Of a stretch of 64,000 bases of DNA, positions 46,470 through 55,507 are shown in pieces. The position numbers and the translations under genes were made by a program. Positions within the stretch are counted from its first letter, which is position 1, and each line of letters starts with the position of its first letter. Under the pieces are notes generated by a model, which searched no databases, was not told the origin of the DNA, and worked only from the letters and a program-made list of their open reading frames with translations. Origin of the DNA: Fimbriimonadaceae bacterium. Lineage in GTDB: Bacteria; Armatimonadota; Fimbriimonadia; Fimbriimonadales; Fimbriimonadaceae. The stretch covers positions 4,773 to 68,772 of the forward strand of contig JADLBH010000021.1 in the NCBI GenBank assembly GCA_020847855.1. The letters run 5' to 3'.

Positions 46470-49400
46470 TCAGTTTACGATAGGATTCCGACGTCGTGCC
46501 CAAAGTCCCTTGAGCTTTCCGAAGGCTTGGCTCAGGTCGTCAATGATTGAATAGGAGCAAGGGATGACGAGGAGCGTGAGCAGCGTCGAGAGCAGGGTGC
46601 CCCCGATGATCGTGATCCCGATCGTCTCGCGGAACTCCGAGCCACGGCCGATCGCCAGCGCCACGGGGAGCAGGCCGGTCACCAAGGCGATGGTCGTCAT
46701 CATGATGGGTCGGATGCGGGCCCGCCCCGCCTCGCAGAGGGCGTCCATCTTTTCGTACCCCCTCGCTCGAAGCGTGTTCGTGTAGTCCACGAGCAGGATG
46801 GCGTTTTTACCCACGAGGCCGACCATGGCGATGATGCCGATGAACCCGACGATGTTCAGCGTCTTGTCGGTGAGGATCAGCGCGAGGAGCGCCCCGATCA
46901 TTGCTTGGGGCTGGGCAAGCTGGATGATCAAGGGGAACAGGTAGTTGTTGTACAGCGCGGCCAAGATCATGTAGACGAGCACCAGACCGAGCATCAGCGC
47001 GCTCATGAGGAACCCTTGCTCACGGGCTTGGAAGTTGGCTTGACCGAGCGGTCTCGTATCTACCCCCTCCTCGACAAGGCCCTTCTCCTTGATCCAAGCG
47101 TCAATTTGGCTCTGCACTGACCCTGCGGCCTTGCCGGGCACAAGGTCGGCGGTGATCCGGATCTCCTCTTGCCGGTCTCGCCGCTCGATCTTGTCCACGG
47201 TCTGAGACCTCTCGACCCGTGCGACGTCGGAGAGGAAGACGGGATCGCCTTGCCGGTACGCGATGGGCACGTCGGAGAGGATGCTGGGAGAGTTCCGGTC
47301 GGACTCGTCCATCAAGACCCGGACATCGAACTCGTCCCCTTGAACCCGAAACTTGGTCTGAATGTCCCCCTCGTATAGGACGCGCAACGAGGCCCCGATC
47401 GTGGCGGTATTGACGTTCATGTCTCCTTGAACCGCGCGGTCGGGGACGGCCTGAAGCTCCGGCGCGCCCGGCTTGCTCGACGTGTCCACGTTGATGACTC
47501 CGTCCACCGCACCCGCCGAAAGCCCGTCGCTCACCCGCTTCACGGTTCTGGCGAGCTTCTCGCGGTCGTCCGATCGGAACGACATTTGGATGGGGGCGCC
47601 AAACCCCAAGGAACCTCCGGCGGCCACCGTGACCCGCGCCCCCGCGACTTTCCCGATCGCTTCGAGCATCTCGGCTGCGACCTGGACGTCGCTCACCGTG
47701 CGCAGCTCCTTCGCTGCGGCCGGCTTGAGCGAGTCCAGCAGTGCCTTCTTGTGCCGCAAGGTCACGTTGATCACGGCATAGTTCGCACCCCGGTCCGCCG
47801 AGGAGAAGCCCGTGCCACGGGAACCGATACGTGAAACCACGTACTCCGACTCGGGATGGGCCATCGCCGTCTGCTCCAACCCGCCGACCACCTCCGAAGT
47901 CCTTGCAAGAGACGAGCCAGGCGGAAGGTCCACGGTGATCTGTACCGCCCCGGAATCGCTAGGCGGGAAGAAGGAGAACTTGAACACGTCCTCGCCCTTC
48001 CACACCGCATACTGCTGGCCCAGAACGGCACCGATGGGCAGCGCGGCGGCATAGAGGCACGCAAAGACGACCAACTGGGGCTTGAACGATCGGGAAAGCA
48101 GGTTCCCGACGAAGATCGCCACGCCGATTCCTAGGACCAAGACGATGGGCGCAAGCGTGCCCATGGCAGCACCGATCGGATCCTTGGCAAAACTGCCACC
48201 GATGAACATGAAGAGGGCGAGAAGGGCGACCCAGCCGGCACCGAAGGCGTGCCACCGGTGACGCAAGGTCACCGCCAAGAACGCCTTATATCGGTTCGCG
48301 AAGGCCTGGAACCCGTTCTCGAAGGTTCGGGCGAACCATCCCTTGGGGTGCTCCCAGTCCTCGCCCTTTCGATACCACCGCGAGGCGAGCATCGGCGTTA
48401 AGGTGAAGGAAACCATGAGCGAGATGAGCACCGCGCAGGCATATCCGATGCCCAAGGGCCGGAAGAACTGCCCCACGATGCCTCCCATGAACGCGACCGG
48501 CACGAAAACGACCACGTCGGCGAGAGTGATCGCGATGGCAGCGAGGCCGATCTCCGACCGACCGTTGATCGCCGCTTCTACCGGTTCCTCTCCCATGGTC
48601 AGATGGCGATAGATGTTTTCGATGACGACGATCGCATCGTCCACAAGGACGCCGATCGCCAAGGAGAGCGAGAGCATCGAGAGGTTGTTCACGGTCTGCC
48701 CAAAGACTCGCAAGAGCAGGAGGGCTCCCATGAGGCAGACCGGGATCGCGAGGGCGACGATGAGCGTGCCGCGGAAGTTGTGGAGGAAGAGCCAGACGAC
48801 GGCCCCCACCAGGACGATCCCAAACCCGAGCGCGAACTGCAGGTCGAAAAGGGACTCGCTGATCTCGTCCGCTGAGTTGGAGGTCACGACGCTCGAAATC
48901 CCGTAATCCCTTTGGATGAGCCCAAGGACGCTCTTGGCCCCCGAGGTCGGGGTGTGCAAAATAGCGTCCGAGATTTCGACCGCGTTGCCCTCCTTGGACT
49001 TCTGAACGCTCAAGGTGACCGACTCGACGCCGTCCAGGCGGGTGAACGTCCTTCGTTCCGAGTTCGTGTCCACGATCGTGGCAAGATCGCCCAGCCTTAC
49101 AGGTTGGCCCGTCCCGCGTCCGTCAGGATTGGGCACGTTCACGTAAACATCGCCGATCTCGGCCACCGAGCCGAACTCCCCTTCGACCCGTACGGTGAAC
49201 TCTTTGTCGGGCTGGGTGATTCGGCCGCTGGGGACGTTGAGGGCGGCAGACTGCAAGGCTTGCTGCACGTCGGTGATCCCAATGCCAGCCAGAAGGAGCG
49301 CGTCCTTCTTGAGGCGAACCTGGATCTCGCGCTGCTCGCCGCCCGATACCAAGACCGACGAGACGCCAGGGATCCGCGCGAAGAGGTCGCTGAGCTTTCG

Positions 49401-49874
49401 GTCCGCGATCTCACGGATCTGCCGATTGGAGAGGGACTTGCTCTTCAACGCGATCGTCATGACCGGGTCCGAGCTCGTGTCCGCCTTGCTCACCACCGGC
49501 TTCTCGATCTCCCTGGGAAGGGCACCGACGGACTGGTCCACCCGGCTCCGAACCTCGTTCAAGGCAGCGTCCATGTCGGTGCCGAGCACGAACTGCACCA
49601 CGACGGTGGAGACACCCTCTTGGCTGCTCCCGGTCACCTCCTGGAGGCCCGTAACCCCAGAAACCGCCTCTTCGAGCGGTCGAGTGACGAGGTTGTTGAT
49701 CTCCTCGGCGCCCGCCCCAGGATAGGTCGTCGAGACCGTCACGACGCCGAACTGGACGTCGGGGTTCTGCTCCTTGCGCATCGCGACATAGCTCAGCAGT
49801 CCCGCGAGCACGATCGCCGCCACCCCCATCCAGACCAGGACGGGTCGAAGAATCGCGATCTTGGTTAGGCCCAC
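46470..49874 (-). CDS. RND efflux permease, HAE1 (AcrB-like) type
   Basis: 1134 aa with 12-TM architecture. TM4 motif GVLVDDAIVVIENI is AcrB-type DD, not the CzcA-type DFG..DGA..VEN. Confidence 0.9.
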   Translation of the reverse strand: MGLTKIAILRPVLVWMGVAAIVLAGLLSYVAMRKEQNPDVQFGVVTVSTTYPGAGAEEINNLVTRPLEEAVSGVTGLQEVTGSSQEGVSTVVVQFVLGTDMDAALNEVRSRVDQSVGALPREIEKPVVSKADTSSDPVMTIALKSKSLSNRQIREIADRKLSDLFARIPGVSSVLVSGGEQREIQVRLKKDALLLAGIGITDVQQALQSAALNVPSGRITQPDKEFTVRVEGEFGSVAEIGDVYVNVPNPDGRGTGQPVRLGDLATIVDTNSERRTFTRLDGVESVTLSVQKSKEGNAVEISDAILHTPTSGAKSVLGLIQRDYGISSVVTSNSADEISESLFDLQFALGFGIVLVGAVVWLFLHNFRGTLIVALAIPVCLMGALLLLRVFGQTVNNLSMLSLSLAIGVLVDDAIVVIENIYRHLTMGEEPVEAAINGRSEIGLAAIAITLADVVVFVPVAFMGGIVGQFFRPLGIGYACAVLISLMVSFTLTPMLASRWYRKGEDWEHPKGWFARTFENGFQAFANRYKAFLAVTLRHRWHAFGAGWVALLALFMFIGGSFAKDPIGAAMGTLAPIVLVLGIGVAIFVGNLLSRSFKPQLVVFACLYAAALPIGAVLGQQYAVWKGEDVFKFSFFPPSDSGAVQITVDLPPGSSLARTSEVVGGLEQTAMAHPESEYVVSRIGSRGTGFSSADRGANYAVINVTLRHKKALLDSLKPAAAKELRTVSDVQVAAEMLEAIGKVAGARVTVAAGGSLGFGAPIQMSFRSDDREKLARTVKRVSDGLSAGAVDGVINVDTSSKPGAPELQAVPDRAVQGDMNVNTATIGASLRVLYEGDIQTKFRVQGDEFDVRVLMDESDRNSPSILSDVPIAYRQGDPVFLSDVARVERSQTVDKIERRDRQEEIRITADLVPGKAAGSVQSQIDAWIKEKGLVEEGVDTRPLGQANFQAREQGFLMSALMLGLVLVYMILAALYNNYLFPLIIQLAQPQAMIGALLALILTDKTLNIVGFIGIIAMVGLVGKNAILLVDYTNTLRARGYEKMDALCEAGRARIRPIMMTTIALVTGLLPVALAIGRGSEFRETIGITIIGGTLLSTLLTLLVIPCSYSIIDDLSQAFGKLKGLWARRRNPIVN

Positions 49875-49877
49875 GGG

Positions 49878-51368
49878 CTACTTTCCGCCCTGAGAGTCAG
49901 AACTCTTGCCCGTTGTGCTCGCGGCTTTCTCCTCGGCGGTCTCGACCCGGATCGGTGTCCCGTCCACTAGGAACTGTTGCCCCGCGGTCACGACCTCGAT
50001 CCCGCTCGAGATTCCCTTCACCTCGGTGAATTTCCCCTTGACCAGGCCGGCCTGCACCGTGACCCGTTTCGCCTTTCCACCCTCGGCCACGATGACGTAC
50101 GCCTGCTCCCCGTCCCGAACCAGCGCTTGGCTCGGAACGAGGGTCACGCCCTCGCGCTCGGAGAGCAAGATGCTCCCTTTCGCGAACATTCCCGACTTGA
50201 GCAGGCCGCTACCCTCGCCCAAGGAGACGCGGAGTGTGAAGACGCGGCCCACACCGCTTGCGGCTGGGTCAATACTGACGACCTGGCCGTGGTACTTCGC
50301 GCCTCCGTCCTTGCCTAAGACGATGTCCACCGCTGCGCCCACGCTCACTCGGTCTATGCCCGTACTGGGCACCTTGGCCTCGAAGTACATGTCGCCAGTG
50401 CCCACCACGGTGCAAACGACCGTCCCAGGAGAGACGACCGTGCCCACTTGGAGCGGCCGCCCGGAAACCTTGCCCCCGAAAGGCGATCTGACCGTGGTGT
50501 CGGCAACCCCTTTCCGCGCGAGCACGACAGCCTCGCTCGCGGAGCGTAGACTGGCCCGAGCCTGGTTCACTTGGTCGGTCAAGGTGGCATCGGCAGACTT
50601 GTTCGCCCTTTCGAGCCGGACGTTCGCTTCCGCGGCCTTGACCTCTTCCTTGGCGCTCTCCAACTCTTCGGGCCGAACCGCGTTCTCGACTTGGGACAGA
50701 GTCTGCAACGCGGCGTTGTACGCGGCCTGGGCGTTGTCGAAAGAGTTTTGGGCCCGTTCCATCTCTACTCCGGCGAGCACACCCTCATTGACCAGCTTTC
50801 GTGTGCGATCGAGGTCGGACTTCGCGACATCGAGGTCGGACTTGGTGCGCTTGACTCCCCACTCCGCCTGGGTCCGCTCCTCCTGGCGCGCCCCCTTCTT
50901 GGCGAGCGCAAGCCTGGCATTGGCCTGAGCGAGCCGGGCCTGGGCCGCCTGGAGCGCGGCGGTGGACCGGTTCGGCCCGGCCTTGCTGTCCGTCATGGCT
51001 TGGTTCAGAGCGGCTCGCGCCTGGGACTCTTGCGCCAACGCTTGTCGCAGCCTGGCGGCTGCGTCGGTGTTGTCTACTTGGGCGATGGCCGACCCAGCCC
51101 CCACGGCTTGCCCGTCCCGGACATAGACTGCCACAAGCCTCCCGGCCGCGGTAGCGCCCACCGTGGACTCTTGCTGGGCCTGGATCGAGCCCGTGACCGA
51201 GAGCCGGTCTTCCACAGAGCCGCTCGTCGTCGTGGCGAGGGTCACGAGTACCGTGGGGTCCTTCGCCAGCTTTTCGGTGCGCTTCGACTGAGCCTGTTGC
51301 GCTCGGTTCACACAACCTACGAGCATCACGGGGACGGCGAGCGCGAGGATCCAGTGTGCAAGTCTCAT
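49878..51368 (-). CDS. RND periplasmic adaptor (membrane fusion protein)
   Basis: Lipobox-like MRLAHWILALAVPVMLVGC, long coiled-coil hairpin, and barrel-sandwich blocks. The ATG overlaps the tolC-like stop (ATGA). Confidence 0.85.
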   Translation of the reverse strand: MRLAHWILALAVPVMLVGCVNRAQQAQSKRTEKLAKDPTVLVTLATTTSGSVEDRLSVTGSIQAQQESTVGATAAGRLVAVYVRDGQAVGAGSAIAQVDNTDAAARLRQALAQESQARAALNQAMTDSKAGPNRSTAALQAAQARLAQANARLALAKKGARQEERTQAEWGVKRTKSDLDVAKSDLDRTRKLVNEGVLAGVEMERAQNSFDNAQAAYNAALQTLSQVENAVRPEELESAKEEVKAAEANVRLERANKSADATLTDQVNQARASLRSASEAVVLARKGVADTTVRSPFGGKVSGRPLQVGTVVSPGTVVCTVVGTGDMYFEAKVPSTGIDRVSVGAAVDIVLGKDGGAKYHGQVVSIDPAASGVGRVFTLRVSLGEGSGLLKSGMFAKGSILLSEREGVTLVPSQALVRDGEQAYVIVAEGGKAKRVTVQAGLVKGKFTEVKGISSGIEVVTAGQQFLVDGTPIRVETAEEKAASTTGKSSDSQGGK

Positions 51369-52639
51369 TCTGGCTTCTCCCAAGTACCTCCGATCGCTCG
51401 GAGTAGATCGCTATAGGCTTGCCATGCGCCAAAGCGGGCGTTCTCCACCGCGCCCCGCGAGGCCGTGAGATCCGCCTGGCTGGTGGTCACGTCGAGAACA
51501 GTGCCCACCTGGTTCGCATACGAGACCTCGGCGAGCCGGAGGGCCTCAACGGCGAGTTCCCGAGCCGCAAAGGCGGACTCATAGGCTTGCACCGCCGTCC
51601 GGTAGCGGGTCGCGGCGGTCTCCGCCTCCAGTCCGATCACCAGTGCGGTCTGCTCTGCGCGGAACCGCGCTTGACGGGCATCCTCGGTCGCTTGGTTCAC
51701 CCGTCCCCGGGTCACACCGGAGTCGAAGATCGGCCAGGAAACCTGGAGCGAGCCCGTGGTGGTCGCGGTGGGAGACCCTTGCGTCGCGCCCAGGTTCCGG
51801 TTATAGCTCGCAGAGACCGCCATGGACGGCCGGGTCCCACGCCGTTGAATCTCCACCGTTTGGTCAAGGGAGCCGGCGAGGGCGTCCGCCTCCTGCACTT
51901 CGGGCCGGTTCGAGACCGCCAGCTGGACCAGGTTCGCTTGATCCGGGATGGGGGGCGGCATCTCGGTGGCGTACTCGACGGTGAACTCGGTTCCCACGTC
52001 GCGGGCGAGGACGTTGTTGAGGGTTTGCCGAGACGTCTCCACGTCGCCCTTTGCACGCACGAGCGCCTCCTCCGCACGTTTCTGGTCCACTTCGAACCGG
52101 AGGACGTCGAACCTGGGCAAAAGGCCCGCCTTCTCGCGGGCTCGAGCGTCGTCCACCCGCCGACCCGCGGCGGCGACCGCCTCCTCCTGCACGCGAACGA
52201 GCTCTTGCGCAAGGGCGACGTTCCAATAGGCAACGCGGGCATCGTGCCGAACCTGGTTCAGGATCGCCGCCAACGAGGCCTTGGCCGCTACGGTGGAATA
52301 CTTCGCCGAGCGAAGCGCGGCACGACTTGCCCCGCTCAGATCAATGGGTTGCACGAGCGTCGCCCCCAGCTCCGTGCTCTCCGAACGGAAAAACCCGCCC
52401 CCAGGGCCGCTCAATCCTTCGAACTGGCTCTGCGAGTGGCCCCCGTTGAGCGTCACCGTCGGTCCGAAGGCTCCTCTCGCAGACCGCTCCGTCCCGGAGA
52501 ACTTGTCCAGATTGGACTGCGCGATCCTGACTTGGAAGGCGTCACGCTCGGCGATCCGCACCGCCTCTTCGAGGGTCAAGACCTCCTGCGCCATCGCGGT
52601 CCCCGCCATGAGTAGAAGGACAGGGGCGAGAAACCTCAT
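51365..52639 (-). CDS. TolC-family outer-membrane efflux protein
   Basis: Signal MRFLAPVLLLMAGTAMAQE. Two tandem TolC-like repeat halves (LTLEEAV..A...N and DVLDV..SQ). Confidence 0.8.
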   Translation of the reverse strand: MRFLAPVLLLMAGTAMAQEVLTLEEAVRIAERDAFQVRIAQSNLDKFSGTERSARGAFGPTVTLNGGHSQSQFEGLSGPGGGFFRSESTELGATLVQPIDLSGASRAALRSAKYSTVAAKASLAAILNQVRHDARVAYWNVALAQELVRVQEEAVAAAGRRVDDARAREKAGLLPRFDVLRFEVDQKRAEEALVRAKGDVETSRQTLNNVLARDVGTEFTVEYATEMPPPIPDQANLVQLAVSNRPEVQEADALAGSLDQTVEIQRRGTRPSMAVSASYNRNLGATQGSPTATTTGSLQVSWPIFDSGVTRGRVNQATEDARQARFRAEQTALVIGLEAETAATRYRTAVQAYESAFAARELAVEALRLAEVSYANQVGTVLDVTTSQADLTASRGAVENARFGAWQAYSDLLRAIGGTWEKPE

Positions 52640-52950
52640 TCGCCCACCTCGGCGGTCGGGCGAGCCTGCTCGGGTTGCATAGCGGGGCACGGTCTGCCTG
52701 GGACGGGGCGCACGGTATCCAGACGGTGTGAGAGCACGGGTCTGACCCTGGCGGAGCGAAGTCCGGGCCCGTTGACCCGCTCTTGAGCCTCGGTGCTGCG
52801 ACCGGGTGCTAGGATCGTCACTGCCCTAGCCTCCTCGGGCCCGGGTGCACGAAAGGACTTGAGCCTGGCCATGGCTCCCTCTTCTTGCTCCCGATTACAG
52901 GCCATCGGCCAATGCTACGAAGTCAGGAACGCGCGCGTTTCGCAAGGCGA

Positions 52951-53298
52951 CTATCTTTCCTGGCGAATGCGGGGATCGTCGGTCAGGTCGGAGACTACGA
53001 AAGGCAACAGGGCCATCTCCCTCGCCCGCTTGATCGCCTTGGCGACCATGCGCTGCTGCTTCGCAGTCGTGCCCGTTTGTCGGCTCGGCAGGATCTTGCC
53101 GCGGTCGTTCACGAACTTCTTGAGGAGGGCGACGTCCTTATAGTCCACCTCGTAGATCTTGTTCGTGGTCAGGTAACTGACACGTCGGCGGCTCCGCCGT
53201 CGGCCGCGCCCTTCGCCCCGGCCGTCGCCGTCGGCCGCGGCCTTCTCGGCGAGCGGGTCTATCGCCGCATCTATCTTGGTGTTCTCGGAATCGCTCAT
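52951..53298 (-). CDS. rpsR: 30S ribosomal protein S18 (with extended N-terminus)
   Basis: Motif [52 protein letters not shown] 53298. Confidence 0.9.
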   Translation of the reverse strand: MSDSENTKIDAAIDPLAEKAAADGDGRGEGRGRRRSRRRVSYLTTNKIYEVDYKDVALLKKFVNDRGKILPSRQTGTTAKQQRMVAKAIKRAREMALLPFVVSDLTDDPRIRQER

Positions 53299-53569
53299 GG
53301 GTCTGAATCGGGCCCGCCTTCGGGCCTGGCGTGAACGGCATCGTACCCAAGCCGGCCCCGGCAGGCTCGGGCCGGTAGAACCAATGGCCGGGATCCTTGC
53401 GCGCGTAAAGTGACCAGATTCTCGCACCCTGCGTGACACCCCGGTATTCCTGGGGAGCTTTGCGACGCTCAGACCAGGAATCCTGCCCTTGGCGGCCGAG
53501 AATGCCGCCTAACTTGAAGACCCAAGGGCCGGGTTGCCCGCCTGGCCTTCATTGCACCCCTCCAGCCAC

Positions 53570-53599
53570 GGGCCGGTCTTGTACCGGCCCTTCTTTCTT
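53570..53599. terminator. GC hairpin with T-tract on the plus-strand side, 12 nt beyond the C11-like gene stop
   Basis: Stem GGGCCGGT/ACCGGCCC, loop CTTGT, then TTCTTTCTT on the plus strand. On the minus strand the A-tract comes before the hairpin, so the canonical terminator orientation is plus. Confidence 0.45.
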
Positions 53600-53602
53600 G
53601 CC

Positions 53603-55507
53603 CTAGGGCGCGATCTTGAGCCACTCGTCCCAACTCGTGTCGCCAGCAAGCTCGAGCAATCCATAGTCGAGCGCAAGTCCGCTGAACGTCGAGCCCGGAG
53701 AGAAGTCAATCGCCAACCCATGGCTGCCGGGCGACTGTGCGTTGTGACGCTCATAGTCCACCGCGTCGGCGACCCGTGCCCGCACGGTCGCGGCCGCGGC
53801 CATCACCGAGCCCGGCACCCGCGCATCGGCTTCGAGGCGGATGCAAAGGTCCACGATGTCGTAGTACTGGCGCACGGAGTTCCGGCTATACGATTGAGCG
53901 AGGGATCGCACGCTCGGCACCGCCTCGCTCAACGAGCCCACGTTCGCCTGAAGCTCCAAGCCAAGTACGTCGAGCGCGGTTGCCAGATCCTCGAGCTGGG
54001 CCGTCTCGATCACGGACTGGGTGATCTTGCGGGTGGCGTAGGGCGGGCTGGCGACCATCCCATCGGCGAATGCCCGGCAAAGGACGTTCGTCGCCTTGTC
54101 GGGGCCGTCGCGGAACACGCGGAACACCCGGTCGTAGGGGTACCCGTCCGCAGGCGGGCTCTCCTCGCTCCCCACCACGTACTGCGCGAGCTTGCGGACC
54201 TCGAAAGCAACCTCGGCCTGCTGCATGAGGCTCGCGTCCCACGCGATCACGTCCACGTCGAGCCCAGCAAGGCCAGGCTGCATCTGCCAGAGCTGGATCG
54301 CGGTCCCGTATTGGTCGTCATAAGAGAAGGCTCGGCCATCCGATTCCGGCTTGCGGGCCCAGCCGTTCCCGTGGCTCCAGAGCACGAGCACCGTCCGATC
54401 CGAAGGGAAGTTCGTCTTGCCCCACTGAACGAACTGCCTCAAGGTCTCGACCTGGCCCATGTCCACGGCAAATCCTTGGCCATCCACCATGTCGCTGTCT
54501 AGGAGCTCGCTACCAATGGCCGAAGTGGAGTCAGGTTTCACGAGGTACCGGCGCACACCGTCGAAGGACGAAGAGGGGTACCGCGTCCGGGACTGCTTCC
54601 ATTGCACGACGAACCTCACCTGCGGGTTCCCGGCAACGGTCTCCATCTGGTTCATGTTCAAGACGCTGGCCGGATGAAGGTCGCTGGCCGCGTTCATGTA
54701 GACGAGGATGGTCCACTTGGTTCGAACCGGGACGAAGTCCTGAACGGTAAGAGGCGACCGGGCGACGAATCGACCCTGGGAGTTCGCTGCTCGAACCTCG
54801 CCTGCACCCGGCTTCGTTGTACGCAGCAGGCCGGAAGAGTCCATCGTCCCCAAACCGCCGGTCACGCTCCACGTCACCGAGCCCGGAGGAAGGAACACGG
54901 CGCTTCCCACCGCGTCCCTCGCCGTGGCGACGAACCTGCGCGACTGCCCTTCGCGGAGCTCCGCCTTCTGGGGACGTATTTCCAAGCTCCGCTGCGCCGA
55001 CGAGTTGACCGTGGAAGCGGACAACCGGCCCGAGCAAAGGTCCACCACTTGCGAAGAGGCCCCCAGTATGCTTCCCGAAGCGCTCGACCCCGAATAGAGG
55101 GTGACCCGGAGCTCATAGACCCCGGCGGGTACACCCGTCATCTCCAACGAGCTCGCGGCATCGCCAGAACGATCTATGGAATCCGACCGGACGACCAGGC
55201 CGGAGGCCGTGACGACCTGGATCACCTGACTCGCTGCGGATGGCGAAGAGCCCCACCGGGTCGAGTAGGAAAGCACGGCCGAAGTCGCACCAGCCTGGCA
55301 TGAATCGCCAAGCTCGCGCACTTGCGAGCCGGTCGAAGTGCCGCCGCCACCGCCGCAGCCTAGAACGAACAGGAGGGCCGACAAAAAAACCGCGAAGCGC
55401 ACAAGTGTAGGACGGATTCTTTGCCACTTCGTTCTGGCTTTCTTACGGGCGAGGATCAAGGGTCCAGGCCCGACGATACATACAAGAGTGGCGACTCCCC
55501 AGCGCAA
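53603..55507 (-). CDS. clostripain (C11)-like protein with N-terminal Ig-like (Big_2-type) domains; nucleophile position is Ser
   Basis: Motifs WTILVYMNAASDL, VLVLWSHGNGW, DVIAWDASLMQQAEVAFE. Lipobox LFVLGC is usable if the start is GTG 55402. Confidence 0.7.
   Translation of the reverse strand: MRWGVATLVCIVGPGPLILARKKARTKWQRIRPTLVRFAVFLSALLFVLGCGGGGGTSTGSQVRELGDSCQAGATSAVLSYSTRWGSSPSAASQVIQVVTASGLVVRSDSIDRSGDAASSLEMTGVPAGVYELRVTLYSGSSASGSILGASSQVVDLCSGRLSASTVNSSAQRSLEIRPQKAELREGQSRRFVATARDAVGSAVFLPPGSVTWSVTGGLGTMDSSGLLRTTKPGAGEVRAANSQGRFVARSPLTVQDFVPVRTKWTILVYMNAASDLHPASVLNMNQMETVAGNPQVRFVVQWKQSRTRYPSSSFDGVRRYLVKPDSTSAIGSELLDSDMVDGQGFAVDMGQVETLRQFVQWGKTNFPSDRTVLVLWSHGNGWARKPESDGRAFSYDDQYGTAIQLWQMQPGLAGLDVDVIAWDASLMQQAEVAFEVRKLAQYVVGSEESPPADGYPYDRVFRVFRDGPDKATNVLCRAFADGMVASPPYATRKITQSVIETAQLEDLATALDVLGLELQANVGSLSEAVPSVRSLAQSYSRNSVRQYYDIVDLCIRLEADARVPGSVMAAAATVRARVADAVDYERHNAQSPGSHGLAIDFSPGSTFSGLALDYGLLELAGDTSWDEWLKIAP

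Noticed and set aside
46470-49874. Calling the RND pump a CzcA-type heavy-metal (HME) exporter because of the adjacent metal ATPase
   Set aside because: The TM4 motif is LVDDAIVVIEN (AcrB-like DD pair), not the DFG-DGA-VEN pattern of HME pumps.
52636-52905. 89-aa ORF whose stop overlaps the tolC-like ATG (ATGA), a possible small upstream gene
   Set aside because: The composition is Arg/Pro-rich and it contains several rare-looking codons (AGG, AGA, CTA). It has no motif and no Shine-Dalgarno. I treat the region as a non-coding leader, but the ATGA overlap means Ribo-seq would be worth a look.
53570-53599. Simple assignment of this hairpin as the intrinsic terminator of the C11-like gene
   Set aside because: On the minus strand the hairpin is preceded by an A-tract and is not followed by a U-tract. 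The canonical orientation is the plus strand. I report it as ambiguous (strand '.') rather than as a confident minus-strand terminator.
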